Source of the DNA: an uncultured Pseudomonadales bacterium
Lineage (GTDB): Bacteria > Patescibacteriota > Microgenomatia > UBA1400 > PJMF01
Reading direction: 5' to 3'
DNA: 64,000 bases
Assembly: GCA_964393205.1 (NCBI GenBank)
Contig: CAYMSV010000002.1
Span: forward strand, 226,767-290,766
Part shown: piece after piece, positions 18,955 through 28,268 of the stretch
Layout of the letters: each line of letters starts with the position of its first letter
How positions within the stretch are numbered: the stretch's first letter is position 1
The notes under the pieces: model-generated
The model's database searches: none
Seen by the model: the letters and a program-made list of their open reading frames with translations, nothing else
What the model was told of the DNA's origin: nothing
Position numbers and translations under genes: made by a program

Positions 18955-21900
18955 CTAGTTGACAATCCACCAGTTAAATTGAACATCCTTATTTAGAGCA
19001 AAATCAAAACCAGCAATAAATTCTGCTTCATTTTCAATAGTAAATGTGCTGTCTAGTAATTTGTTTTTAATATAAATAACTTGATTGTTGGTAGATGTAA
19101 GAGGTGTGATGTAAATCATGCTGTTTTCAGTAAGACGAGAAGTTTTAACTTTCACCTCAGTTTGACCTGCAAGAATGACTGCTTGTCCAGCACTGTTATT
19201 GTTGATATTTGCAGAAGCACTGGCATCAGCAGAAGCACTGGCATTGGCAGGCATCTGATCAATTTTTAGACCACCACGCAAGGTCAGATCTCCGCTGGCA
19301 GACATTGTTGCTATTGGTTCTCCTTTTTCATCTATAAACTCAAAATTATTTTGTCTAATCACTTCTTCGCCCATTTCGTTAGCGACAGCTTGAGCAAGCT
19401 GTATGCGAATATTTTCATCAGGGTTTTCGGCTCTAATGAGATTGGTGAGTAGAGTATCTTTGACTTTTAGCTCTTCAGCAACTTCTAAAGTACCAGCCAC
19501 TTTAAGATCACCACCAATGGTAATTAGACCACTTTCGTCTAGAACTAATAAGTCAGCCATTAAAGATAAGCGGCCTCTACCAGCTGGCTGAATGGATAAA
19601 TCATAATTTTCATTATTTTGGAAAGCTATATAGCCATCTCCCATAGTTAAACCCTCACCGACCAATAGGGTCTGCTTAACTGCCAGAGCTTCTTCAATTA
19701 AAGCACTACCATTAACTTCAAAATAACCATCAATATAAGCATTGTGTGCTGTGATAGTATCACTTATGAAGTTGTTTTCATCATTGTTTAAGTCAGTGTC
19801 ATTATTAGTGTTGTTTAGATCAATGTTGTTATCTTGAGCCACTTGTTCTAGGTATTCTTCAGTAGTAGTGTCATTATTCATCAATGAGGCAAGTAGAGTA
19901 GAGTCTGCTAGTTGCTTGGCAACCGCCGTTTCTAGTCTTTCCTGTAGGCCGTTGATGATGTTGGCATCAACACTATTGGTATAGAGATTGTCGGTAGTTA
20001 TGGACTGGGCATGAAGTTCTCCAGAAACAGAGGCAGTATTCATTCGAGCACTATTAATTTCTGCTTCTTCGGCTGTTAATTGATTTAATTGGCTAGAGCC
20101 TTCAACTGCAAGATTGCCAGCTAGTTGTGCATTACCTTGATTATCGATACTGGCTACATTTTCACCTAAATTATTTTCAATCAATAATTCAGCTAAAATA
20201 GTGGGTTGTTTTTCTGCAACACTTAAGTTGTTATTTGATGTAATTAGCTCATCATTATTGAGGGCTAGTTGAACAACGTCTTTGATATATTGATCGAGAG
20301 TCTGGCCACCAATTTCTATTTGCTCTGTCACAATTTTTTGAGCGTTGAGAAGACTGGTGTTAATGGCAGTTGCAATTGAGTTATTTAATTGAGTAATTCT
20401 TTGATTTGTTTTTTCAACGAAATCAATATACTTGAGATTTAATTCTTGTATCGCTTTTGTTAACAAAGCTGTGAGGTGGACATAGTTAACACTAATTAAT
20501 TTTCCCTCTAGATAGGTGGCAAACATTGGATTAATTTGTTCTATTTCTTCTGCAATAAAACCCAAATCTTTTCTACCATCTTCTCTCCAGATATATTCAC
20601 GAGGGGTGAGCTGCATCAGTGTGTCCAGTCCATCTCCTAGATCTTTGATATCTTCTTTTAAGTTTTGGGTAGACGCACATGGTCTAATAAATTGATATCC
20701 AGTATAAGTAGTACTTGCGCTATAACACAAAGTAGCTCCTCCGCCAGTAGTGTAGTTGTAATACAAGGCATTGTCGGCCATCACATTTGTTGAAGAATGT
20801 ACGCCGGTTAGAGGGGCAGTTTTACCAATTCCCAGGTTGCCATCTTTATCTAGTCTCATTTTTTCAGTTGGTGAGCCTCCGCTAGTGGTAGTGGTCCAAA
20901 ATAATAAATTACCTTCATTTGTGTTGGTGGTTTGTTTTCTAGCTGTTATATAAGCTAGTTCACCACCAGTGGCAGAAGAATCAGTAAATCTGATTTGTCC
21001 AATATCACTAGTTGTTGAAGTAGTTCTTGCTCCGATTAGGTGCAGAATGGCATCTTGTGCGCTGGTTGCGCTAGTTCTAATATAGAGCTCTGGTGTAGCG
21101 CTGGATACAACGTCTAGGGTGCCTGAGGTGCTGGTGTCGCCAATAGCTACGCTACCATCTGAAAGGATATGTAATGCATCACTGCCGCCAACTGAAAATC
21201 CAAGAGAGTCACTAGCGGGATTATACATACCAGTGTCACTATCCGTGCTAAAACTATAAGTAGGGGCCCCAGCACTACCGCTTGCACCAAGCAATTGAGC
21301 AAAATTAATTAAGCTACCACTATTTAGACTTACTTGATCACTGGCAGCAGCAATAGTAATGTCTCCAGAAGTATTAGAAATTACAGAACTTGTACCACCA
21401 ACGATTAAACCACCCCCTCCACCTCCACTCATAGGAAATTCAACTGTTCCATCATCTTTTAAGGTCATAACGACAGCATCGGCAGTTTCAGTCCAGGAAG
21501 CAGTTGATTTTAATACAATATCCAATTGTGTTCCTGGTCCAGAGCCACTAGAGCTATAGGAAAACACATTAAAATCAGCTACAGCAGGGAATAGTCCTGA
21601 AGTTGCACCTTTTCTAACTAAACGAAGTAGTGTTTCTGTAGTAGTACTGTTAGCATTAGCACCTATCAATCTTGCCGCAGGTGTATTGCCAATTAATTGA
21701 CTTGCATGGGGAGTTCCAATCTGCAATAGTGCCTCTGGTGCAGTAGTACCAATTCCCAGATTGCCACCGATTACTGCCAATCTAGCGGTGCCAGGAGTGT
21801 GAGAACCGATAGCGGCACTACCTGCAGTAGTCAATGAAACTCCAGAAGAAGCTGGATCTAAAAAATAAGCATTGTTGCTATAGTCCATGACTTTTTCAAC

Positions 21901-24900
21901 AATAGCTGAACCGTCAACCACGAGTTTTTCACCAGGATTAGTGACACCAATGCCAACATTTCCATCTGCTCTTATTCTCATTTTTTCGGTTGGCGCTGCA
22001 TTATCGGTAGAGGTTAAAAAAGCTAGTGCTCCTTTGTAAGAAGTGCTGCCAATGTCTGTAATTAAACCTCTAATCTGTGCTACTTCTGTTATTCCTCCCG
22101 TAGTTCTGTTTAGGGCAAAACCGATTTGGGCAATATTGTCAACGTGAGCAGCCGTGGTATTAGTAATTCTTTGAGCAGTAGTAGCTGTGCCAAAAGCTCC
22201 AACCACATCCAATTTAGCTCCTGGAGTTATTGTCCCAATTCCGACACTGCTCCCACCAACAAACAAAGCTTCATCGGTATTGTTAGTAATTCTGAAGGCT
22301 CCGCTAGTAAAATTCCAAGTAGTGTTGAAGGCATCCATAGTTAAGGTTTGATCACTAGTAGTTGGACTAACAATACTGTCCCATCTAACTGCTACGTCAC
22401 CTTGACTTGTCCAAGTTGGAGCACCAGCTCCTTGTGAGGTGAGTAATTGACCAGTATCTCCTGCAACAGTAAATGCATAAGCATCTCCAGTACCATAAGC
22501 AACTGTTCCAGCAGTGGGAGTGGCTGTGGAGTTAGTACCACCTCTTGCAATAGCAAGTAATCCTGTCCAACCTAGTGTCCAAGTTCTATCAGTAGTCAAA
22601 TCTTGAGCAACTCCTGAATTAGTTACCGTTACATTAGTATCTTGAGTAATAGTTAAAGATCGATCAGCTCTAACTGCTTCAGTTGCGACAGTGGCTTGAG
22701 ATCCTAAAATAATGTTATCTCCGTTAATAGTAGTATTGGTTCCCGATCTACCAAGAGTTAATCCTGATTGAGTGGTACCACCAATAGCTAGAGTACCAGC
22801 AGCTCTGGTATCTAGATTGCCTCCACCTTGAACTAAGATATCACCAACCACATCCAATTTAGTTCCTGGGGTAGAGGTGCCGATACCAACACTACCACTT
22901 GCATCAATCACAAATGGAGTAGTGTCAGTAGCACTGTCATCAACTCTAAAGGAAGCGGCATTACCCAAGTTTTTAACATAAAGGGGAATGGCTGTTGATG
23001 AAGCCAGAGTAGAAGCAGTTAGTATAGAAGCATCTCCAGTAGCAGTTGAAGCACTACTTTCTCCAAAAGTAAAAGCACTCTTACCGGCAGTAGTTAGTGC
23101 CCAGTTCCAAACTTGAGCAAGATCTCCACTAGCGATAGTGTTAGCAGCTGTAGCAGCAGTAATACCGGATAGTGGTACATTAGAAGCAGCTCCTGGAGCA
23201 GCCCACACTGGCACACCTCCACTCACAGTTAATACATGACCAGTATCACCAATAGTTCTTTTAGCTAGAGTGTTAGCTGCACTAGCATAAAGCATGTCAC
23301 CAGTTGCATAACTTATTTGATTAGTTCCTCCATAAGCTTCAGTAATGGTACTAGCATTCCAAGTACCACTAGTTAAAGTACCAACTGAAGTTAGAGATGA
23401 ATTAATGACCCCTGATCCAAGAGTAGTAGCATTGAGTACTGAAGTATCATTGATGTAATATTCGTTACCTAAACTTAAATTAGCACTACCAGCGACGTCG
23501 AGCATATGGCCTGGATTGATGTCGCCAATTCCTACTTTTCCTCCACCAACATAGAATGCTTCATTACTATTGTTAGTAATTCTGAAGGCTCCGCTAGTAA
23601 AATTCCAAGTAGTGTTGAAGGCATCCATAGTTAAGGTTTGATCACTAGTAGTTGGACTAACAATACTGTCCCATCTAACTGCTACGTCACCTTGACTTGT
23701 CCAAGTTGGAGCACCAGCTCCTTGTGAGGTGAGTAATTGACCAGTATCTCCTGCAACAGTAAATGCATAAGCATCTCCAGTACCATAAGCAACTGTTCCA
23801 GCAGTGGGAGTGGCTGTGGAGTTAGTACCACCTCTTGCAATAGCAAGTAATCCTGTCCAACCTAGTGTCCAAGTTCTATCAGTAGTCAAATCTTGAGCAA
23901 CTCCTGAATTAGTTACCGTTACATTAGTATCTTGAGTAATAGTTAAAGATCGATCAGCTCTAACTGCTTCAGTTGCGACAGTGGCTTGAGATCCTAAAAT
24001 AATGTTATCTCCGTTAATAGTAGTATTGGTTCCCGATCTACCAAGAGTTAATCCTGATTGAGTGGTACCACCAATAGCTAGAGTACCAGCAGCTCTGGTA
24101 TCTAGATTGCCTCCACCTTGAACTAAGATATCACCAACCACATCCAATTTAGTTCCTGGGGTAGAGGTGCCGATACCAACACTACCACTTGCATCAATCA
24201 CAAATGGAGTAGTGTCAGTAGCACTGTCATCAACTCTAAAGGAAGCGGCATTACCCAAGTTTTTAACATAAAGGGGAATGGCTGTTGATGAAGCCAGAGT
24301 AGAAGCAGTTAGTATAGAAGCATCTCCAGTAGCAGTTGAAGCACTACTTTCTCCAAAAGTAAAAGCACTCTTACCGGCAGTAGTTAGTGCCCAGTTCCAA
24401 ACTTGAGCAAGATCTCCACTAGCGATAGTGTTAGCAGCTGTAGCAGCAGTAATACCGGATAGTGGTACATTAGAAGCAGCTCCTGGAGCAGCCCACACTG
24501 GCACACCTCCACTCACAGTTAATACATGACCAGTATCACCAATAGTTCTTTTAGCTAGAGTGTTAGCTGCACTAGCATAAAGCATGTCACCAGTTGCATA
24601 ACTTATTTGATTAGTTCCTCCATAAGCTTCAGTAATGGTACTAGCATTCCAAGTACCACTAGTTAAAGTACCAACTGAAGTTAGAGATGAATTAATGACC
24701 CCTGATCCAAGAGTAGTAGCATTGAGTACTGAAGTATCATTGATGTAATATTCGTTACCTAAACTTAAATTAGCACTACCAGCGACGTCGAGCATATGGC
24801 CTGGATCTGTATCACCAATACCGACTCGACCGGTACTAGCTTTTATAGTTAATCTGTCGGCATTATTGGTTCTGAGCCAGAAATCGTGATTGGTCATTGA

Positions 24901-26499
24901 TCCAGCAAAAGCGCCACCAGCCGCACCAGTGCCCATAATAAACTCAATATCATTAGTTACATCTCTACCCAAGAAGTAGGCTTTTCCATCGCCCTGAACC
25001 GCTACAGCAGCATTTTGTGATGAGTCAATGACAGCCGATGATTCAGGAGTGATGCCGGTTTGAGCAAATAAGGCTAACCAATTGGTGCCAGCTGCTGAAC
25101 CACTGGTGTGTAGGCTAGCAATTGGATCAGTAGTGCCAATTCCTACATTACCAACTCCATCTGGAGCTAAAACAATATCTCCATCACTGCCACTTTGGGT
25201 TTGAATCATGATCGAATCGGCCTCCAACATTAAGCTACTGCCAGTAGCAGTTTTAATTTCAGGATCATCAGTACCAAGCACCAATTCTCCTTGGTCATTT
25301 AGCATTAACAAAGTGCTATGAGTAGCAATTAAGCTAGGACGAATGCCCTGTACGGTTTCAGAGTTAATGGCGTAGGCTACAGTGCGAATTGGTTGGCGTG
25401 GTGTAAGGGTTTCAGTGCTTGGCGCTGTACCAACCGTAACTTCTAGCCAAACATTGCTATTCTCAGTAAATACACTGTCATCGATAGTTCCACCACAATC
25501 ATGATCGTCGCTACCAGCGCCACTACCAGCTCCAAGATTAGTGCTAAAAATACCGTCTTGATCTGGGGTAATAGCACAAGTATTAGATGACCAGAGCAGA
25601 TTGCCTGAAGTAACATCATCATAGAGCTCAAAAGTGACATCTGTTTCCGCAGCAATGGGAGTGCGGGCGGTATTGGTCAAGCGTCCCTGGAAAGAGAGAA
25701 TCCGATTTGGACTGGTAGGTAGGCTCGGATAAGCAAGTGACAAGACCGCTTGACCGAATTGTTGATAGGCTAGATAGCCTAAGCCGCCAATAAAAAATAA
25801 TAATGCAATAACATTAAGCGCAATAGCTAGTTTATTTGCTCGTTTACGACTTATCTTACTAGCTTGACTAACCTTGCCAAATAAGTTTCGTCTTTTCTTT
25901 GTTCCTTGTTCTTGAGTAAATTTCGCTAAAGTTTCGTCATCACTACTGAGGTTTTGAGTTTGTTGATTTTCGAATTGATCTGTTTGATTTTGAGGGCTAA
26001 TGGCTCTCCTCAAATCAATGTTTTTTGAATCTTTAGTATCAGAGTTATCTTTTTTAGGAGCAAGGGGAATTTCTGACTTGAGTAGGCCCTCTTTTTTTAA
26101 CCAATTTTTAAACTGGCTAACACTGACAATTTTACGCTTAATTGAACTATCTTTTAAACCCTTTTCTCTCTGGTACTTAGCAAAAGCTAAGAGTTTGGGT
26201 TTGCTTCCCAAACCATCTAAATTTTTTTCACCTAGAAAATCTAAAAATTGCTTGATGTCACTTTTGTAATTGCGAATTGTGGTTTTTGAGCGACCGCTCT
26301 TCTTGACTGCCAATAGGTAGTTATTTAGATTTTTTTCGATCTCTTTTGCTACGTTAAGACTATCGTTAGTGCTTTGTTCTTGTTTTTTAGTTTGGCCAAC
26401 TGCTTGATTTTGCAATAACTGCAAGAACTGTTGCTCACCGCTCAGTTTTTTTGCTTCTTTACTGTTTTGCTTGGTAATTTTGTTTATTTTGGCAGGCAT
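18955..26499 (-). CDS. Giant (2514 aa) membrane-anchored surface protein: N-terminal phage-integrase SAM-like (core-binding-like) domain, single TM, tail-fibre-like VGIGT repeats with a 430-aa exact duplication, internal S74-type intramolecular-chaperone-like motif, C-terminal coiled-coil/beta region
   Basis: Residues ~55-140 (YLLAVKKSGRSKTTIRNYKSDIKQFLDFL...SSIKRKIVSVSQFKNWLKKEGLL) resemble the XerD/phage-integrase N-terminal SAM-like domain. TM LAIALNVIALLFFIGGLGYLAY at ~aa 222-246. The extracellular part carries many (V/N)(G/S)IGTxxP motifs. A SxxNLKEDI...L(T/R)P..Y.W.....GFIAEE...I.P segment encoded at ~20560-20690 resembles the Peptidase_S74 autoprocessing module. One continuous ORF. Confidence 0.65.
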   Translation of the reverse strand: MPAKINKITKQNSKEAKKLSGEQQFLQLLQNQAVGQTKKQEQSTNDSLNVAKEIEKNLNNYLLAVKKSGRSKTTIRNYKSDIKQFLDFLGEKNLDGLGSKPKLLAFAKYQREKGLKDSSIKRKIVSVSQFKNWLKKEGLLKSEIPLAPKKDNSDTKDSKNIDLRRAISPQNQTDQFENQQTQNLSSDDETLAKFTQEQGTKKRRNLFGKVSQASKISRKRANKLAIALNVIALLFFIGGLGYLAYQQFGQAVLSLAYPSLPTSPNRILSFQGRLTNTARTPIAAETDVTFELYDDVTSGNLLWSSNTCAITPDQDGIFSTNLGAGSGAGSDDHDCGGTIDDSVFTENSNVWLEVTVGTAPSTETLTPRQPIRTVAYAINSETVQGIRPSLIATHSTLLMLNDQGELVLGTDDPEIKTATGSSLMLEADSIMIQTQSGSDGDIVLAPDGVGNVGIGTTDPIASLHTSGSAAGTNWLALFAQTGITPESSAVIDSSQNAAVAVQGDGKAYFLGRDVTNDIEFIMGTGAAGGAFAGSMTNHDFWLRTNNADRLTIKASTGRVGIGDTDPGHMLDVAGSANLSLGNEYYINDTSVLNATTLGSGVINSSLTSVGTLTSGTWNASTITEAYGGTNQISYATGDMLYASAANTLAKRTIGDTGHVLTVSGGVPVWAAPGAASNVPLSGITAATAANTIASGDLAQVWNWALTTAGKSAFTFGESSASTATGDASILTASTLASSTAIPLYVKNLGNAASFRVDDSATDTTPFVIDASGSVGIGTSTPGTKLDVVGDILVQGGGNLDTRAAGTLAIGGTTQSGLTLGRSGTNTTINGDNIILGSQATVATEAVRADRSLTITQDTNVTVTNSGVAQDLTTDRTWTLGWTGLLAIARGGTNSTATPTAGTVAYGTGDAYAFTVAGDTGQLLTSQGAGAPTWTSQGDVAVRWDSIVSPTTSDQTLTMDAFNTTWNFTSGAFRITNNSNEAFYVGGGKVGIGDINPGHMLDVAGSANLSLGNEYYINDTSVLNATTLGSGVINSSLTSVGTLTSGTWNASTITEAYGGTNQISYATGDMLYASAANTLAKRTIGDTGHVLTVSGGVPVWAAPGAASNVPLSGITAATAANTIASGDLAQVWNWALTTAGKSAFTFGESSASTATGDASILTASTLASSTAIPLYVKNLGNAASFRVDDSATDTTPFVIDASGSVGIGTSTPGTKLDVVGDILVQGGGNLDTRAAGTLAIGGTTQSGLTLGRSGTNTTINGDNIILGSQATVATEAVRADRSLTITQDTNVTVTNSGVAQDLTTDRTWTLGWTGLLAIARGGTNSTATPTAGTVAYGTGDAYAFTVAGDTGQLLTSQGAGAPTWTSQGDVAVRWDSIVSPTTSDQTLTMDAFNTTWNFTSGAFRITNNTDEALFVGGSSVGIGTITPGAKLDVVGAFGTATTAQRITNTTAAHVDNIAQIGFALNRTTGGITEVAQIRGLITDIGSTSYKGALAFLTSTDNAAPTEKMRIRADGNVGIGVTNPGEKLVVDGSAIVEKVMDYSNNAYFLDPASSGVSLTTAGSAAIGSHTPGTARLAVIGGNLGIGTTAPEALLQIGTPHASQLIGNTPAARLIGANANSTTTETLLRLVRKGATSGLFPAVADFNVFSYSSSGSGPGTQLDIVLKSTASWTETADAVVMTLKDDGTVEFPMSGGGGGGLIVGGTSSVISNTSGDITIAAASDQVSLNSGSLINFAQLLGASGSAGAPTYSFSTDSDTGMYNPASDSLGFSVGGSDALHILSDGSVAIGDTSTSGTLDVVSSATPELYIRTSATSAQDAILHLIGARTTSTTSDIGQIRFTDSSATGGELAYITARKQTTNTNEGNLLFWTTTTSGGSPTEKMRLDKDGNLGIGKTAPLTGVHSSTNVMADNALYYNYTTGGGATLCYSASTTYTGYQFIRPCASTQNLKEDIKDLGDGLDTLMQLTPREYIWREDGRKDLGFIAEEIEQINPMFATYLEGKLISVNYVHLTALLTKAIQELNLKYIDFVEKTNQRITQLNNSIATAINTSLLNAQKIVTEQIEIGGQTLDQYIKDVVQLALNNDELITSNNNLSVAEKQPTILAELLIENNLGENVASIDNQGNAQLAGNLAVEGSSQLNQLTAEEAEINSARMNTASVSGELHAQSITTDNLYTNSVDANIINGLQERLETAVAKQLADSTLLASLMNNDTTTEEYLEQVAQDNNIDLNNTNNDTDLNNDENNFISDTITAHNAYIDGYFEVNGSALIEEALAVKQTLLVGEGLTMGDGYIAFQNNENYDLSIQPAGRGRLSLMADLLVLDESGLITIGGDLKVAGTLEVAEELKVKDTLLTNLIRAENPDENIRIQLAQAVANEMGEEVIRQNNFEFIDEKGEPIATMSASGDLTLRGGLKIDQMPANASASADASASANINNNSAGQAVILAGQTEVKVKTSRLTENSMIYITPLTSTNNQVIYIKNKLLDSTFTIENEAEFIAGFDFALNKDVQFNWWIVN
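22278..24806. repeat. Perfect tandem direct duplication, two copies of ~1239 bp identical sequence, period 1290 bp (copy 1 ~22278-23516, copy 2 ~23568-24806), inside the giant CDS
   Basis: Aligned by eye at several sampled positions along the unit, with no mismatches seen where compared. For example tgttagtaattctgaaggctccgctagtaaaattccaagt occurs at 22281 and 23571, and agcgacgtcgagcatatggcctggat at 23491 and 24781. The ~51-bp junctions differ. Each copy encodes 430 aa (VGIGD(T/I)(D/N)PGHMLDVAGSANLSLGNEYY ... SGAFRITNN). Confidence 0.9.
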
Positions 26500-26992
26500 T
26501 AGTTTTTAGCTTTTTTTTGGCTGTCTAATCCAGAGGAGTTAGACAGGGATTTAGCTTCGGTTTTTTAAACTTTTTCCAGTCTAGAGAATTTATAGAGGCG
26601 AAACAAGTAGGGTTTTTTATTCGGGTTTTGGTCAGTTCAGTTAAATATTCACTCCAGAGGTGAGTACTATATATATTGCAAAGTAGTTTCACTCATTTTC
26701 ATGACAATCAAACTTATCTTAAAGAGATCAAAAAATATCATCAGTAAAAAAGTTATTCTTGGTTTTCCGCAAAGTCTTTCACAAAATTGCTAGTTGTGAA
26801 TTTACTCAAAAGTGTTGTACTATGTGAAGTAATATCTAAATATATGCTTTTTATCTGGGTCGTCTACTTGAGTAAAAAGTTTTTTTAATAAGCTCTTTAA
26901 GTCTAAAAACTAGCCTTCGGGTTTAAAATAATGGGGAAAACTCAAATACTGTTATTTTGGGACTAATTTATATTATTGAATTTATTACAACA

Positions 26993-27757
26993 ATGAAGAA
27001 AAATACTCGAAAAATACTCTTGCTTTTATATCCAGCCGAAAATGATCTCCAGAATAATCCAGGCGAAAAACCAATGCTTAGTTTTAGGCAGCTTCGTTTC
27101 TTACTACCCGGATTATCTATGGCTGGTTTAAAGTCTTTATTATTTTATTTAGAGAAAAATGAATACTTATTTAAGCAACAGCTAAATGAAGAAGTTTTCT
27201 ATAGCTTGACAAACTATGGCAGTGACGAGCTGGAACGGCAATTTCCGGCTCTTTCTATTGCGCGTCGACAATGGAGTGGTCAATGGACAATGATTGTCTT
27301 TTTACAATCGATCAAATCTGATCAAAACTTTCGTTATCTAAGAACTTTTCTTTTAAAGAATGGTTGTCTTGCTTTGACGCGTGGAATTTTCCTTTTTCCT
27401 GGTCAATTAAGTGATCTGGTCTTAGCCGAGTTGAATAATCGCTACCGACAAGGGGTAATGGTCTATCAACTAGGAAATTGCATAATTGGAGAAGAACGCA
27501 TTATTATAGGACAAAAAATTTCATTAGCTGATAGTTTAAAAATTTACTCTAGTATTAGCAGAGAGTTGGACGAACTGATAGAGATTACATCGCCAATAAA
27601 AAAATTAAAAGATCAGCATAAATTGACTTTTTATTCGATTTTTGATCGGTTTGAAACTTTTTTGCTGGAAGACAGTGGTCTAATTAAGCACTACTATCCT
27701 CAAGTAGAAGGACCCCTATCTATACTAACTAAATTACAAAAAGTGTTGAAAATATAG
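26993..27757 (+). CDS. PaaX-like winged-helix transcriptional regulator (tentative)
   Basis: The ORF is open from TTG at 26957, but the ATG at 26993 (MKKNTRKILLLLYP...) is preferred. N-terminal wHTH-like region, then a WSGQWTMIVF and RYLRTFLLKNGCLALTRGIFLFPGQL pattern reminiscent of PaaX/PaaX_C proteins. Weak, recognition only. Confidence 0.35.
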   Translation: MKKNTRKILLLLYPAENDLQNNPGEKPMLSFRQLRFLLPGLSMAGLKSLLFYLEKNEYLFKQQLNEEVFYSLTNYGSDELERQFPALSIARRQWSGQWTMIVFLQSIKSDQNFRYLRTFLLKNGCLALTRGIFLFPGQLSDLVLAELNNRYRQGVMVYQLGNCIIGEERIIIGQKISLADSLKIYSSISRELDELIEITSPIKKLKDQHKLTFYSIFDRFETFLLEDSGLIKHYYPQVEGPLSILTKLQKVLKI

Positions 27758-28268
27758 GATTTTTGGGTTTAATTTGCTTAATTAATTTTTTTCTGTCTGG
27801 TATTTATCTGGAGAAAATCTAAAAAAACAACTGTATAGCAGCTATTTTTAGTCTATATTCGTTATATCTTTGGTGTAATTTATTTTAGTTTTATAATTTT
27901 GGGTAGTTTATTTTTTTTCATTACCCAAAACAGATTGATCGATTAGGATATACTTATAATACCGAAAAGGCTAGTTGCGTTAATCTGATTTTAAGATCAT
28001 GCAATAATTATACGGTAATTATGCGTTAATAAAGTTTTGTGTCTTTATTATATTAGTTCGTTTAAAATTCGTGTTTATTTATCTTTTTTAGTGACAATTT
28101 TGGGTCTAATTTTTACTTGTTTTTTATTTGCTTAAAAATAAGGCTTCGTTGATTCTTCGTTTGTATTATTTATATTTTTTAACGTTTTTTATCTACTGTT
28201 TTTTAGATAGTTATAGGATTTAGATACAGCGCTCTTCCCAAACTTTGCTTTTGCGCTAAAATAGGCAT

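Noticed and set aside
19081-26269. Multiple 60-90-aa ORFs on the plus strand inside the giant minus-strand gene
   Set aside because: These are antisense to a continuous 7.5-kb ORF with strong protein-level repeat structure. The repeats generate spurious open frames.
28000-28268. Possible T-box leader upstream of leuS, and similarly upstream of thrS at 58748-58942
   Set aside because: I looked for the conserved T-box sequence (AATTAGGGTGGNACCGCG-like) and a specifier-loop architecture and found neither. The thrS upstream hairpin plus U-run reads as a plain terminator of the preceding gene.
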